Positions 25,155 to 36,934 of a stretch of 64,000 bases of DNA are shown in pieces. A program made the translations under genes and the position numbers. The notes under the pieces are model-generated. The model saw only the letters and a program-made list of their open reading frames with translations, was not told where the DNA came from and did not search any database. Positions within the stretch are counted from its first letter, which is position 1. Every line of letters begins with the position of its first letter. Source of the stretch: Chiloscyllium plagiosum (Eukaryota); NCBI RefSeq assembly GCF_004010195.1, contig NC_057716.1:11094235-11158234 (forward strand), in the 5' to 3' direction.

Positions 25155-25490
25155 TGATGTGGAGGTGCCGGTGTTGGACTGGGGTGGACAAAGTTAAAAA
25201 TCACACAATACCAGGTTGTAGTCCAACAGGTTTATTTCGAAGCACTAGCTTTCAGAGCGCTGCTCCTTCATCAAGTCGATTTGGAATGGGTGGGTTGCGC
25301 TTCGGCGGGGCGGTGTGGACTTGTTGGGCCGAAGGGCCTGTTTCCATACTGTAAGTAATCTAATCTAATCACTAGCTTTCAGAGCGCTGCTCCTTCATCA
25401 AGTCGATTTGGAAGAGGATCATAAGACACAGAGTTTATAGCAAAAGATTACAGAGTCACGCAACTGAAATGATATATTGAACAAAACTGA
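25155..25490 (-). mobile_element. family-2 Penelope pLTR interrupted by a SINE/LINE tail with a 44-bp duplication
   Basis: Identical 44-mer at 25243-25286 and 25370-25413 flanks an 83-bp HE1-type 3' tail on the + strand. Confidence 0.8.
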
Positions 25491-27161
25491 TAAAAAGGGT
25501 GCCCATGACTATTATGATTCACCTAACTGCACTAACTATGAAATATCAAACAGGTCCCCAGCCAAGCTCTGGAATGATCCACAGGCAAAGAAATAAAAGG
25601 TGCAGTTTCCTTGACTGCTATTGGCAGGGCCTAGTCATGAATGGAGTGAGGTCTGAGTTCCTTATTGATGTGGTTGAAGATGTCTGTGACCATCTTCTTG
25701 GAGAGTCGCAGTCCACCCTGGCATGTTGGCTTTCTGACATGTTCAGATAGCATCATCTGTTTCAATTGATCCTGTTCTCTGAATTATCTCTGCTTCCCTT
25801 TATGGCTCTGGTACCCAGTTGTGAGCTCCTGATGCTCAGTGGCCTTTCCTACTTCTCAAACTTATGCTACAATGCTTCAAAGGCTTCCAGTTTTACTGGT
25901 GTAAGTCCATTTTCTGGACATCTCCTTCTTGTTAGCCAGGTATTATCCTAGTAGCGAAGGTACTAGTCATCTCACAATGTTTCTGGTTGTGTTCCTAGCC
26001 CAAGGTGACATGGGCTCAATCCCTGGTGCTTTGATGAGTTCCTGCAACTTTTCACTACAAATAGCGAGCCCTTTCAGCTAGTTCAAACAAGTCAAATAAA
26101 GTTTCAAAGATCTTCCTTACCAGTTAACACGCCTCGGTAGCCATTCATGCCTTCATTTTTCTCTTATTTACTCATGGGATGTGGTCAGTAATTATTGCCC
26201 GTCTCTTGTTGACCTGGAGAAAGTGGTGATGAGCTGCCTTCTTGAAGCACTGCAGACCAATATAGATTGACCACAATGCCATTGTGGGTCAATGGCTTTG
26301 GAAGGGAGGGAATTCCAGGATTTTAACTCAGCAACAGTGAAGGATTGGCAATATAGTTCCAAGTCAGGGTGGTGAATGGCTTAGAGGGGAACTTGCAGGT
26401 AGGGTGTTCCCAAGTGTCTGCTGCCCTCGCCTGTCTTTATAGAGGTGGTCATGTATTTGGAATGTCTAAGGATCCTGGGTGAATTTCAGGATATAATATT
26501 CTGGATTCATGATTATTGATCATCTCCTGGAAAATTGCAAGGCTTCTAAACTGGAGGGCCTTTATTGCAATCTCAATGAGCTTAATTGAAGCTTTAACAG
26601 CCACAATTTGCTAGCCACCTCCTTTTCAAAGCTATGCAAAATAGCAGGTGCTGGAAACAGAGGTGAAACTTTTGGCCATCTTGTTTAGCTGCCACTTTAT
26701 TTTCCATCCTGTTTCCATTCCATCATAACTCAAGATGGGAAGGCACAACCCTTAGTGTGTCGTGCACTTCTAAGATTAATCTGCCACAGTCAAGTGGGAT
26801 GTGGGAATAATGTTCTTCCAAGATAGCAGGCATATTAACATCCTATTTGGAATGGGCTCCTGAATTGGTGATTTGATGGAAGGTGCATTGAAAAACTAAA
26901 ACTTACGCTTTTTATATCATACATTTAAAACATGGATCCCTTGAAGAATAAGAGACAAAAGCTGAGCACAAAGTATCTGATCCAAGCAAACAGGATCTGC
27001 TTTAAATGATTTTAGGTCAAAATATGATGGAGTTGGGTGACTGGGACCACAGGAATGGAAGAATTCCTTAAATGGCTTTAGTTTTGTACATGTAAATGTC
27101 ATTTTCACTCATTACAATAAAAATATTATACATCCATTTACTACACTAGAAGGTGACTTGC

Positions 27162-27249
27162 CATTAGAATTCCAGCAAAGGAAGAGAGTATCATTGCTTC
27201 TCGCTCCATTTCATTTGGGTAGTTCGACCTAGCACGACGTGAAATTACC
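27162..27249 (-). CDS. C2orf80: C2orf80 coding exon 4 (GC splice donor)
   Basis: tttctag|G...ATG|gcaagt; [29 protein letters not shown] vs human [22 protein letters not shown]. Confidence 0.92.
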
Positions 27250-28642
27250 CTAGAAACGTGGTTGGGTATAGAATTAGGTGTAGCTTTGAAACATATCTGG
27301 TATTTCACAATTGCATTGTAATATTCTGAATTGAAAACTGTGGCAAAACAAATGTACAACTTCTGCTATCTACATATGAAGTTTGTGCACTGATAGAGAG
27401 AAATGCTGCGAGGTTTGGAAGGAGTGAAATTTGGAGAACACACCTCCTGCATTAAATATATTTCAATTAATCCAGTTTTCATATTCATCTAAATTTGTAC
27501 TAATTTACCAATTACTGCACTCAAGATTTCTTAAGAACATCCTTCAAAATGTTTTTGCAAAATGATATGTAATTTACAGCACCGAAAATGTAAAAAGTGC
27601 TACATTTTGCTGTTAATGCACTGCAGGATTAACATATTTCAACAGCTGATTAAACTGTAGCAGGTTGCATTACAAAATATCTTAGATCCCAGAATGACTT
27701 TTATTAAAATGAAAGTCACGTCAGTGTGTAGTATATGATTTGCATTTTCAGGTAAACAAGTTATTCACACAATAGAAATTTACATTGGCTCCATGACTAA
27801 CAATTTAAAATAATTTCAACCAGTACATCCTTGCTAGTTCTAACAGGCCCTGTTTCATTGGGGTTACATCCTTCTCTGAACACCAATTTTAATAAAAGCA
27901 GCACACTGATTGGAAGCTGGAGGGTTAAAATCTCACATAAGATGTTCGCAATACTGTTGAAAAATGAGATCAAGGGTTATGGGGAGAAAGTGGGAGAATG
28001 GGGTTGAGAAACTTATCAGCCATGATTGAATGGTGGAGCAGACTCGATGGGCTGAACGGCCTAATCTCTTCTCCTATGTCTTATGGGCTTATGGGTTTAC
28101 CGATCTGAGGATTGTTCTGAAGTTAAAGCAGTAGAGTTTAGCTTGCAGTTTCTTTTAGGTGTGTCAGAGAGAGCTACTAGCTGAAGAAAATCATTTATTG
28201 AATGACCCAGTATTCACCGGAAGGAAACTGGTTGCAGCTATGTCACCCTGAACAAGAAACCTTCACGTGGAGACGGTGGGGAATCTTCACTAGGATTTGG
28301 TGTTGGTAAGGATATTACTACAATAAAAGGAACAGTTTGAGTTGGAATCCTTTCCCTAGTGTTTGTGTTGAAATACTTCCAAACATTTTGTCTAGTCCAA
28401 TGTAGTTTTCCTCCTTGTTTGATACATTTCATTCTGTGAGTTAAAAGTACACTTGGAGATTCTTGCAAATATATTTGGTAGTTGACTTCAATGGTTGAAA
28501 AGAATTGTTATAAGTTATCAAGCCAGATTTCACCCTTGGATATAACTCATCTGGTATTAACATCAGCAAGGATCGAACCTCTTGTCTTATTGCAAAGTAC
28601 AATTTATTGACCAGTTCGTTATTGGTGACAGGTCGTACTCAC

Positions 28643-28725
28643 AATTTTTCACTTTCAAGAACTTTCTGATCTTCTTCTTCATTCAGCCAAAGCAAAGCAA
28701 CATTGATCGCCAAATCGTAATGTGC
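28643..28725 (-). CDS. C2orf80: C2orf80 coding exon 3
   Basis: acatag|GCA...TT|gtgagt, 83 nt; AHYDLAINVALLWLNEEEDQKVLESEK vs human AHYDLAISVALQWL. Confidence 0.93.
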
Positions 28726-29424
28726 CTATGTAATAAAGTTTACAACATCATTTTGACTTGTTTAATCTATTCAATAGAATTATCACAGTATTGTGTTTAT
28801 AACTATCCACTTTAGAGTGATTATTCCTGAACAGTCACTTCACAACTTTTTCTTTGTTCAGTAAACATTGAGTCCAACCACACTCATAATAGACCGTAAA
28901 GCAGCTATCTTTTTCACATATTTTATGCAAATGTCTCCACACTATTGATTTATAATATCAGTTCTGGAAAAATGTTATCACTTGACTGATGGTACATTAA
29001 AGATTTAATAAGAAATATTTAAAAACAAAGTCATGACATTAAACTTATTTTACACAATCACAAGCTCTACCATCATGAAAAGTGAGCTCAAATATAAAAA
29101 AAGCCAATATACTTCTTGCTAACTTTGAATGTTCATGTTGTGATTGACACTTTGACTATTCCTTTTGAGCCAATTGGCAACATAAGTTCACTCCAATAAT
29201 TCCAAATCAATTCAACAGGCATCATCTATTTGGAGTGACAGTAACAATTTGAGAAGCTTGTTATTGGCATACACATGTTGTTTTTGGTTAGAGATTGGCA
29301 TGGTATCTTTGGATAGTGATGGAATGGTTTTAGATGTGGGAAGCTAAAGCTAAAATAGTGGGGCTATTTTGGGAAATCAGAATGGAAAAGGATTAACAGA
29401 TGCAGATTTGGTAGATAGAATTAT

Positions 29425-29638
29425 ACACGTTCTCCCCGTGTCTGCGTGGGTTTCCTCCGGGTGCTTCTGGTTTCCTCCCACAGTCCAAAGATGTGCGGGT
29501 TAGGTGAACTGGCCATGCTAAATTGCCCGTAGTGTTAAGTAAGGGGTAAATGTAGGGGTATGGGTGGGTTACGCTTTGGCGGGTCGGTGTGGACTTGTTG
29601 GGCCGAAGGGCCTGTTTCCACACTGTAATGTAATCTAA
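29425..29638 (+). mobile_element. 5'-truncated HE1-like SINE
   Basis: Body and tail nearly identical to 22470-22650. Confidence 0.85.
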
Positions 29639-31719
29639 TTACACAATTTTGTGGCTTTTTAAAAAATTATTCACCAAGTCAAGAAAAGTGACTAACTGAA
29701 TGAATGCTGAAGTGTTCTGTATGCTAGATGCCATTTACTGGCCCAGGAGCATGAATGATACTATGATAATTTGAATTAATGACCAGCTCACATTTTGCTT
29801 TAAACTTTTTCCATCAAATAAGAAGTTAATTTACTGCAAATGCTGCATGTGTGGGGTGGAGATATCTGTGCCCACCCCAACTTGTAGAAAGAAGAGCAGT
29901 GGAAATTAATTGGGTGGGAGACAAGGTGCCAGTTTCTCAGAAGTGTGTTAAACTTTTGGTATTAATTTCTTGGAAACTCTCAAGTGGATCACCTCACCTT
30001 TTGTTTGCATTCATTAGCATGTCATGAAAACGCTAACACATTAGAATTACGTGCAAAGTCACAGTCCTTTCAGGCAAAAATGTGTGTTTATCATTCCAAC
30101 TAGAATGTTGAAATGAATGTTAGATATGTACCTGAAAGGTTTGACTTGTTTCCTTCAAACTGCAGTGAGTATAATACTTAGCTCCTTCAGAAACAGATTT
30201 TAGCACGGCCTCTTAATGTTTTGAGTGAAGGCTGGTATATGAATAGGAAGGGTTTGGAGCAATATGGGCCGAATGCTGGCAGGTGGGAATGGATTGGCTT
30301 AGGATATCTGGTCGGCATGGATGGTTGGACCAAAGGGTCTGTTTCCGTGCTGTACATCTCTATGACTGTATATTGTGCTGCTCATGACAGTCACAGGAGC
30401 TCATGTTTCCACTAGTCGTGTCTTGGTTGAAGGCTGACTGTGCCCACTAGCCAAGCTGATTTTGGTAGCGACAATGTTTAACTTGAATAAAACCAAACGG
30501 AGTGGGCAAGCATGTCTGAAATCAAAAGAGAAATCAGCTCAAAAGTGACAATGAATTTAATTGAAGTGAAATTAAAAGGAGGATCAAAATAAAAGATTGA
30601 GACAAAGGTATGTTGGCTGCAAAGGAAAGGAAGGGAATTCAACTTAACTTGCCCGATTCAGGGAATGGAAGGAGCAAACTGGCATGAAGAGGGGACAATA
30701 AGAAGTACAATGAGAATTTGGGAGCTGGATATGAAGGGTGGGGAACACATTGGCATAACTTGGTGAGGTGGCGGTAGAGAAACAGCAATGGAATTGAATG
30801 AGAGGTGTGGTAAGGATGAGGCTGAATGCCAATGGGAGTTGGAGTGTGGAAGAGAAGGAAATTGTAATTGGGCAGAGATTAGTTGGGTCATTGAAGTAGA
30901 ACAGAAGGAAACGGAGATGAATTAAGAAGGCTATCAGAAATAACGAGAGGAAAGTACACTCAAAAGGCGGAGGATACTGGAGAAAAGAATCAGACGAAAG
31001 TTGGCAACAACCACTTTCCTGTCGAGGTTCTGTGAATGTGCAATGCGAAAGTGAGCACTTTCCTCAGCCCAAGCATATCTTCAGTGCTTAGGTAGGGTGG
31101 CAACACACCCACAAGAGGAAATGGGAAACAAAACTGGAAGAAGTTTTTGCACGAGCAGTATGTTAAAACCATTCATTGAAGGAAAATACTCACTGCAAAT
31201 TGAAGGCCACTAATGGTAAACGCTAAAACCAGCTATGTGCCAGCAATTACCTGTCATTCAGTAACCTTTCACAAGAAAGCCATGGAAGATTCCCCAGCTA
31301 CACTGATGTGAGTTGGGTTGGGTTGGGGATGGTATTGTATCATACAGCCAGATGCTGAACAGGAAAACATTTTGTTTCCTCAATGTCCCGTTTGCTTGTG
31401 ACTACAGGCAACAGTTCCTACAGGTGTGCACCCACTATCCAGGGAGCAACTACGATGTGTACATTCTGCAGAGTACCCAACTTCTGTGAATTATCCCCAC
31501 CCCCAAACATCTTCCCCGCCCCAATCATTAACATACATGCCACCCTTCCCCACCACCTTCAGTACTGACTCGAAACATCAACTCTGTTTTTCTCTACAGG
31601 AACTGCCAGCTCTATTGTGTTTCTCAGTGCTCTCCATTTTTGCTCTGAAAGAGCCTGGATGGTATTGGTCTAAGAACTGGTCTGAATGCATTTGTGTCTA
31701 CAGAGGCCAGAGATGTTGA

Positions 31720-32900
31720 GCTGTTCTGCCCAGTGACAGGTACACCCTGCTCACTTCAACTCCCAGAGGGTTGAGAGTGGCAGGCATGGTGAAGGTGGAA
31801 GAGCCAGTCACCTCTGGAGTGTTCTGAAAGGAAATTGCTGAAGAGTCTGTGTGTGGTTCTCCTCCTCCTGGCACCACTCTGATTTCTCATGTGGAAGGGA
31901 CAGCTGAAGTGAGTTTAAGGTCCCTTGTCCCCCAGTGGCTTTGCTGTTGGTGCTGAGCGCCAATGGCTGGAGCGATGGAGTGCAGGTCTGTGCATAAATC
32001 CAGTGGAGACTGAGATTGCTGGGCCTGGCTGTCCATGTCAGCCAACATGTTGTCCATGAAAGCAGCCAGGTATTTGCATGCCTGAGGCAGCAAGGGCCCA
32101 ACTGCATTGGGAAGATTTGCATGAGTTGAAAGTGAGTGATTCAAGCATTAGTGCCGTAGGTTGTGGAAAAGCGGAGAGGCATCCTGAGCCACTGTGTAGG
32201 CAGCACAGAGGGTTTGCAGTGTCAGTGGGATCAGTGAATTGAGTAGGTGAGAGTGAGTGAGGGGAGATGTCGCATGCAATAGTGAAAGTGGTAGAGCATG
32301 AGCTGAGGTGGAAGGTGAGTGTGAGTTAGCTGGAAGGGGCTTGTTAGCTGAGAGAAGATGGTGGTACTTATTCAGGTGGTGCAGAGAAGGTAACTCACCT
32401 TCTTATTGCACTGCTAGGTGTTCCTTTGGATTGTTGAGACCAGACTGACCTAGTTGGGGGAACAGAATGACTGGCTCTGGTGTCTTGACTTTCTCTCTCA
32501 GTCCTGAGTGAAGAGGACATCTTTCCTCTACACTGCCCTGTTCACCAGTTCCTCCAGGTCCCTGTCCACAATGCCAATTTTCCCATGTCTGCCATGTCCT
32601 AGACAAGCATGTCCAATGATGCAGAGCAGCTCTGGACTGCCCACATTTAACCGGGTGTACTGTGGCCTTTTCAAATATGGTGCCAGAGATCTTGAGATAT
32701 CCCAGTAGTGTGAAGTACTTGAGCATGTGGTGAATGGGAGAATGGGCTGATATCAGATGAGTGGATACTATGAAGAATGGTTCCTATTAATGAAGTGAAT
32801 TTTGGATGATCTAGCAAAAAATAGTGTGGGCCTCACAACAAGAAACTCTCCACAAAACATGATGAAAATGACACAGCCAATTTCTGGTAAGATTTAGCCT
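31720..32900 (-). mobile_element. degenerate PIF/Harbinger-like relic (Myb/SANT-like ORF)
   Basis: Frameshifted DRDLEELVNRAV*RKDVLF...RNT*QCNKKV resembles the Myb/SANT protein of Harbinger elements. Confidence 0.45.
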
Positions 32901-34149
32901 CAGTGGCATTCAGTAAGATTGTCTGTATAATCGAGAACAGAGGTTTAAATTGAAGAGATTATGATAGACAATTACCTTGAAATATGAAAGAAATTGTGTA
33001 TGCTTTTCCAGAATTTGGAATTCTGTGCTGATGACAAATACTAGCAATACCCTAAAGCTCAAACTGGTTAACAATTACTTGGCTGTGGTAGAAGGCAAAT
33101 TATCAAGACTATAGGTCCAGAACTAGCTTGGTAAAGATGATATTAAGGTATTCGGGTCAGCCTGCAGCTTGTTACTAAGACCTAAGAAGCTAAAAGGTAT
33201 GTCACAATAAAATACAAGTTTTCCTGGATTCAGGAGCAAGATTTAACACAGCCAGTTCAAATATGGAGAACTGCACAAAAGGTAAATTTAACCAGGAGAC
33301 ATTCCAGAATATTTGGATAGCTTTAAAGACCAGATCTGCGTTTCCAAGCTGCCACTACCCTCTCAATGGAAAACAAGGAAACTATTTCATCAATGTCAAC
33401 TGAAAAGAATGAGATAGTTCACATTTTTGGACATGTGGCTGACTACACACATTAAGACACAAATCTATTTGAAAGGATGACTGTGAAGTATATGAGGTTA
33501 GTCTGTCAATGTACAAAATGCCTAATCCCAAATTAACATCAATAATAATGTGAATTCTAACAAGCAGTTAATGCTGAATTTCTCAGCTATAATTAAACTG
33601 CCTTCTTAATGTTATTTCGTATATCAGTTAACCCTCTCCAATAACATAAAATGTTGCTAACTGTAGTCATAAACAAATTGTTAGCTATTGACTTTGTTGT
33701 CTCCTTTAATAACTGCAAGATAATTCATTCACTCAGTATGCTGCCAACTTAAAGGGAAGTTGCTAGTGTAAATATTAAATGGGATAGACACAGAAAGTAC
33801 TTTACGTGAAAAGTTTAAGGGGGATACACATGGCAAGTACTTTACACAGAGAGTGGTAGATGCCTGGAACGCGTTGCCGGCAGAGGTAGGCACAGTAGAT
33901 TCATTTAAGCTGCATCTGGACAGATGCATGAGTAGGTGGGGAGCAGAGGGATACAAATGCTTAGGGATTGCAAGATAGGTTTAGACAGTGGATTTGGATT
34001 AGCTCAGGCTTGGAGGGCTGAAGAGCCTGTTCCTGGGCTGTAAAATTTCTTTGTTCTTTGTTCTTAAATGCTACTAGATATTAGTCCATAGTAAATTAGC
34101 AAGTTCCTATTAACTTTGAGTATATGCTATGTAGTAAACCAAGATAGTT

Positions 34150-34682
34150 ATGGAGGAAGGAGGGCAGGTCTGAAGACCTCCTCGTGGGTCTGCTCCTGGG
34201 CCTGGCCAAACTGGCCATCAACAGGTCCAGGCAGCGGGCCGTGGAGGGGGTCGTTAGGGCCGACTGCCTGCCCCTCTTCCGCGGTTACGCTAGAGCCCGG
34301 GTGTCCTTGGAGAAGGAGCACGCGGCGTCGACCAACACCCTGGAGTTGTTCAGGGAGAGGTAGGTGCCGCGGGGAGTGGAGTGCATCATTTCTCCCTCCA
34401 ATTCTATTTTGATTTAGTCCCTACCCTCCCCTTCACTGTTTTGATCACACAGCACTGCCCTTTGATGTGAAGGGCAGTGTTTGTCACTGGCCACCCGGGT
34501 GTTTTCCTATCTTCCTGGTGGTGGAAATTGAATAAAGATTCGTGCACTTTGTCTTTCACTGTGTCTCACACCTGCACACACACCATGGGTGCTGGGGATA
34601 AAATAAGCACTACCGCACTTAGGTGGTAGTGTGGGGGTTAAATAACAAAAAAGAAAGAAAAAAGAAAAAATATATTAAAAAA
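34150..34682 (+). mobile_element. 5'-truncated Tx1/L1-clade LINE with A-rich tail and 14-bp TSD
   Basis: EDLLVGLLLGLAKLAINRSRQRAVEG...FRER*VPRGVECII (Tx1 ORF2 C-terminus-like); TSD aaaccaagatagtt at 34136-49 and 34683-96; CpG-rich. Confidence 0.85.
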
Positions 34683-34914
34683 AAACCAAGATAGTTCCAT
34701 ATGAGAAGTTAAAATGAAGCAGTTAATAATTTTTCCAGTGTATTTCATTAATATTATTGGCTGAGTATTTATGCCTGCATTTTTATAAATGATAAGAAGT
34801 GTTTCAAACAGATGTCACATTGTAAATTCCTGCTAAAGAAATGTTCATTATAAATTAACATTTATTTCAGACAAACTAGTTAGTAGTAATTATCTAATTT
34901 GTTATTAACTTTAC

Positions 34915-35005
34915 CAAATCATTGAAGTAGGATGACTCCACTGATTCCACTTTACCCTTGGGATCAAAGCTGTTTTCACGAAGTCTCGTGCCAATATAAT
35001 GTTTC
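34915..35005 (-). CDS. C2orf80: C2orf80 coding exon 2
   Basis: ctacaaag|G...TTG|gtaaag; KHYIGTRLRENSFDPKGKVESVESSYFNDL vs human DYIGIRLRENEFDPKG...FLDDM; phases consistent. Confidence 0.92.
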
Positions 35006-35614
35006 CTTTGTAGAGAAACAGATGCTGATTACATAAGTATAACGGATGATTGCTACAGGTTTAATGTGCAGTTTCCTACCTAAAGAAGATTATTGAGCAT
35101 TAGTGACTAAATAAAAGCACTGCCCTATGAAACCGTAATCCAGAAAGGGAGAAGATTCTTCATTTGATTGTTGGTCTATGATGTATTAGCTGATAACAGT
35201 GGTCAATAGTTGACCTCAAGATCCTTGAATTAAATAGAAGGGCAATTACAAGTGAATAAAGCATACAAATGTCCCATCCTGATTGTTATTAATGGCCTCT
35301 GGAAAAGCATGCAAATAAAGATGTTTGCTCACAGCAACAAAAAACAGCTATAACACCCAAAATTGTCAAATGGTTTATTAAAAATCATGTCAGATCTCAA
35401 TCAGGAAATATTTTCACTTTTGCTAAGCATCAGTAAGCTGTCAGCATTTGTGGGATCTTGCCAGCACATTTTAAGGCTCACAAAATAGAAGTCATTGGCC
35501 ATTTTGTTTGGCCTTCAAATTATTTTTTCCCTCTTTCATATCCACAAGTTGTTGTTTAAATATATGTATATTAGAGACAACATTAAGAGAAGGAAACAAC
35601 AATTTGATACATAC

Positions 35615-35655
35615 AGCAATTTTTCAATTTCTTTCTTTATGTGCCGTTTTTCCAT
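35615..35655 (-). CDS. C2orf80: C2orf80 orthologue, first coding exon
   Basis: MEKRHIKKEIEKL(L)|gtatgt, compared with recalled human MERRLIKKEMKKLL; likely acceptor cctaaccttcattgcag| at 35731 makes the whole exon 35615-35730. Confidence 0.9.
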
Positions 35656-36397
35656 GTTCAGTGACACTCTTCTTCTTTAAAAAATCACTTCAGCTTTGAA
35701 GACCAGAGACTATATTCCTTAATTCATCCTCTGCAATGAAGGTTAGGTTTTTTTTTACTTACAGAATAATACTATAAAACTTACAACAGGGTTTATGAAC
35801 AAATGGTTGGAGGCCATTTTCAATTTGCATTGAATCATAAATATTTCTCTCCTAACAATGAAAATCTTGAAAATAAATGAACATTACCTGAATAATATTT
35901 CTCAAATAAAAACTTGTTGCAGGTATATAACAGTTCTTCTGTCCTTAAGAAACATGCAATAAATGTTAGACTTCCAAAAACGCAATTTAGTCACTGACAT
36001 CAAAAAGTGCTTGTAGATTAAATACTAAGAGTGAATTCAGCAGTATGTCTACAATTTCTTTGGTGCAGAAACTCAATACTCTGGTTTCCGATCTCAATCA
36101 AAAGACCAAAGTACTTTTCTTGTTGCTAGGAAACATTGGCGTAAACAGACGCCCTGGGACTGACTCTCCTGGTCTTAAATTGCATGTGTGTTTCTCACTG
36201 CATTATACTTCCAAGCAATTAGTTTGCCAGGTTACTTTCAAGTATATGACAAGTAAATAATGTCTATATTATAAATATAGGGTAGCTTACTGAAATTTTG
36301 TCTAAATGTTTATTGGTTTTGATAGAATAATGATAACACTGTGGCTCAGTTTTGTGTAAATATAGTTACTGTATTTCAAAGAGTATTTGTATCAATA

Positions 36398-36822
36398 TTG
36401 CTGTTTTCCTCTAGAGCGTTGGAGGTTGAGTGGTGACCTTATAGAATTTTATAAAATCATGAGGGACATGGATAGGATAAATAGGCAAAGTCTTTTCCCT
36501 GGAGTGGGGGAGTCCAGAACTAGAGGGCATAGGTTTAGGGTGAGAGAGGAAAGATATAAAAGGGACCTAAGAGGCAACTTTTTCACTCAGAGTGTAGTAT
36601 GTGTATGGAATGAGATGCCAGAGGAAGTGGTGGCGTCTAGTAGAATTTCAACATTTAAAAGGCATCTGGATGGGTATATGAATAGGAAGGGTTTGAAGGA
36701 TTACGGGCCAGGTGCTGACAGGTGGGACTAGATTGGCTTGGGATATCTGGTTGGCATGGAGGAGTTGGACGGAAGGGTTTGTTTCCGTGCTGTATATCTC
36801 TATGACTCAATGACTCTATGAT
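36398..36822 (+). mobile_element. CR1 LINE 3' end
   Basis: LERWRLSGDLIEFYKIMR...RTRGH...FFTQSVV..WN; ctatgact tail. Confidence 0.85.
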
Positions 36823-36934
36823 ACCAATTAAATCTGCATAAACATAACTTACTTACACGATTTAAGTTCAGTGTGCAAAAAAAAGAGGCAAAGTGGATAC
36901 AATTCAAAATTATTTAATAAAGTGACGTTTCCAT

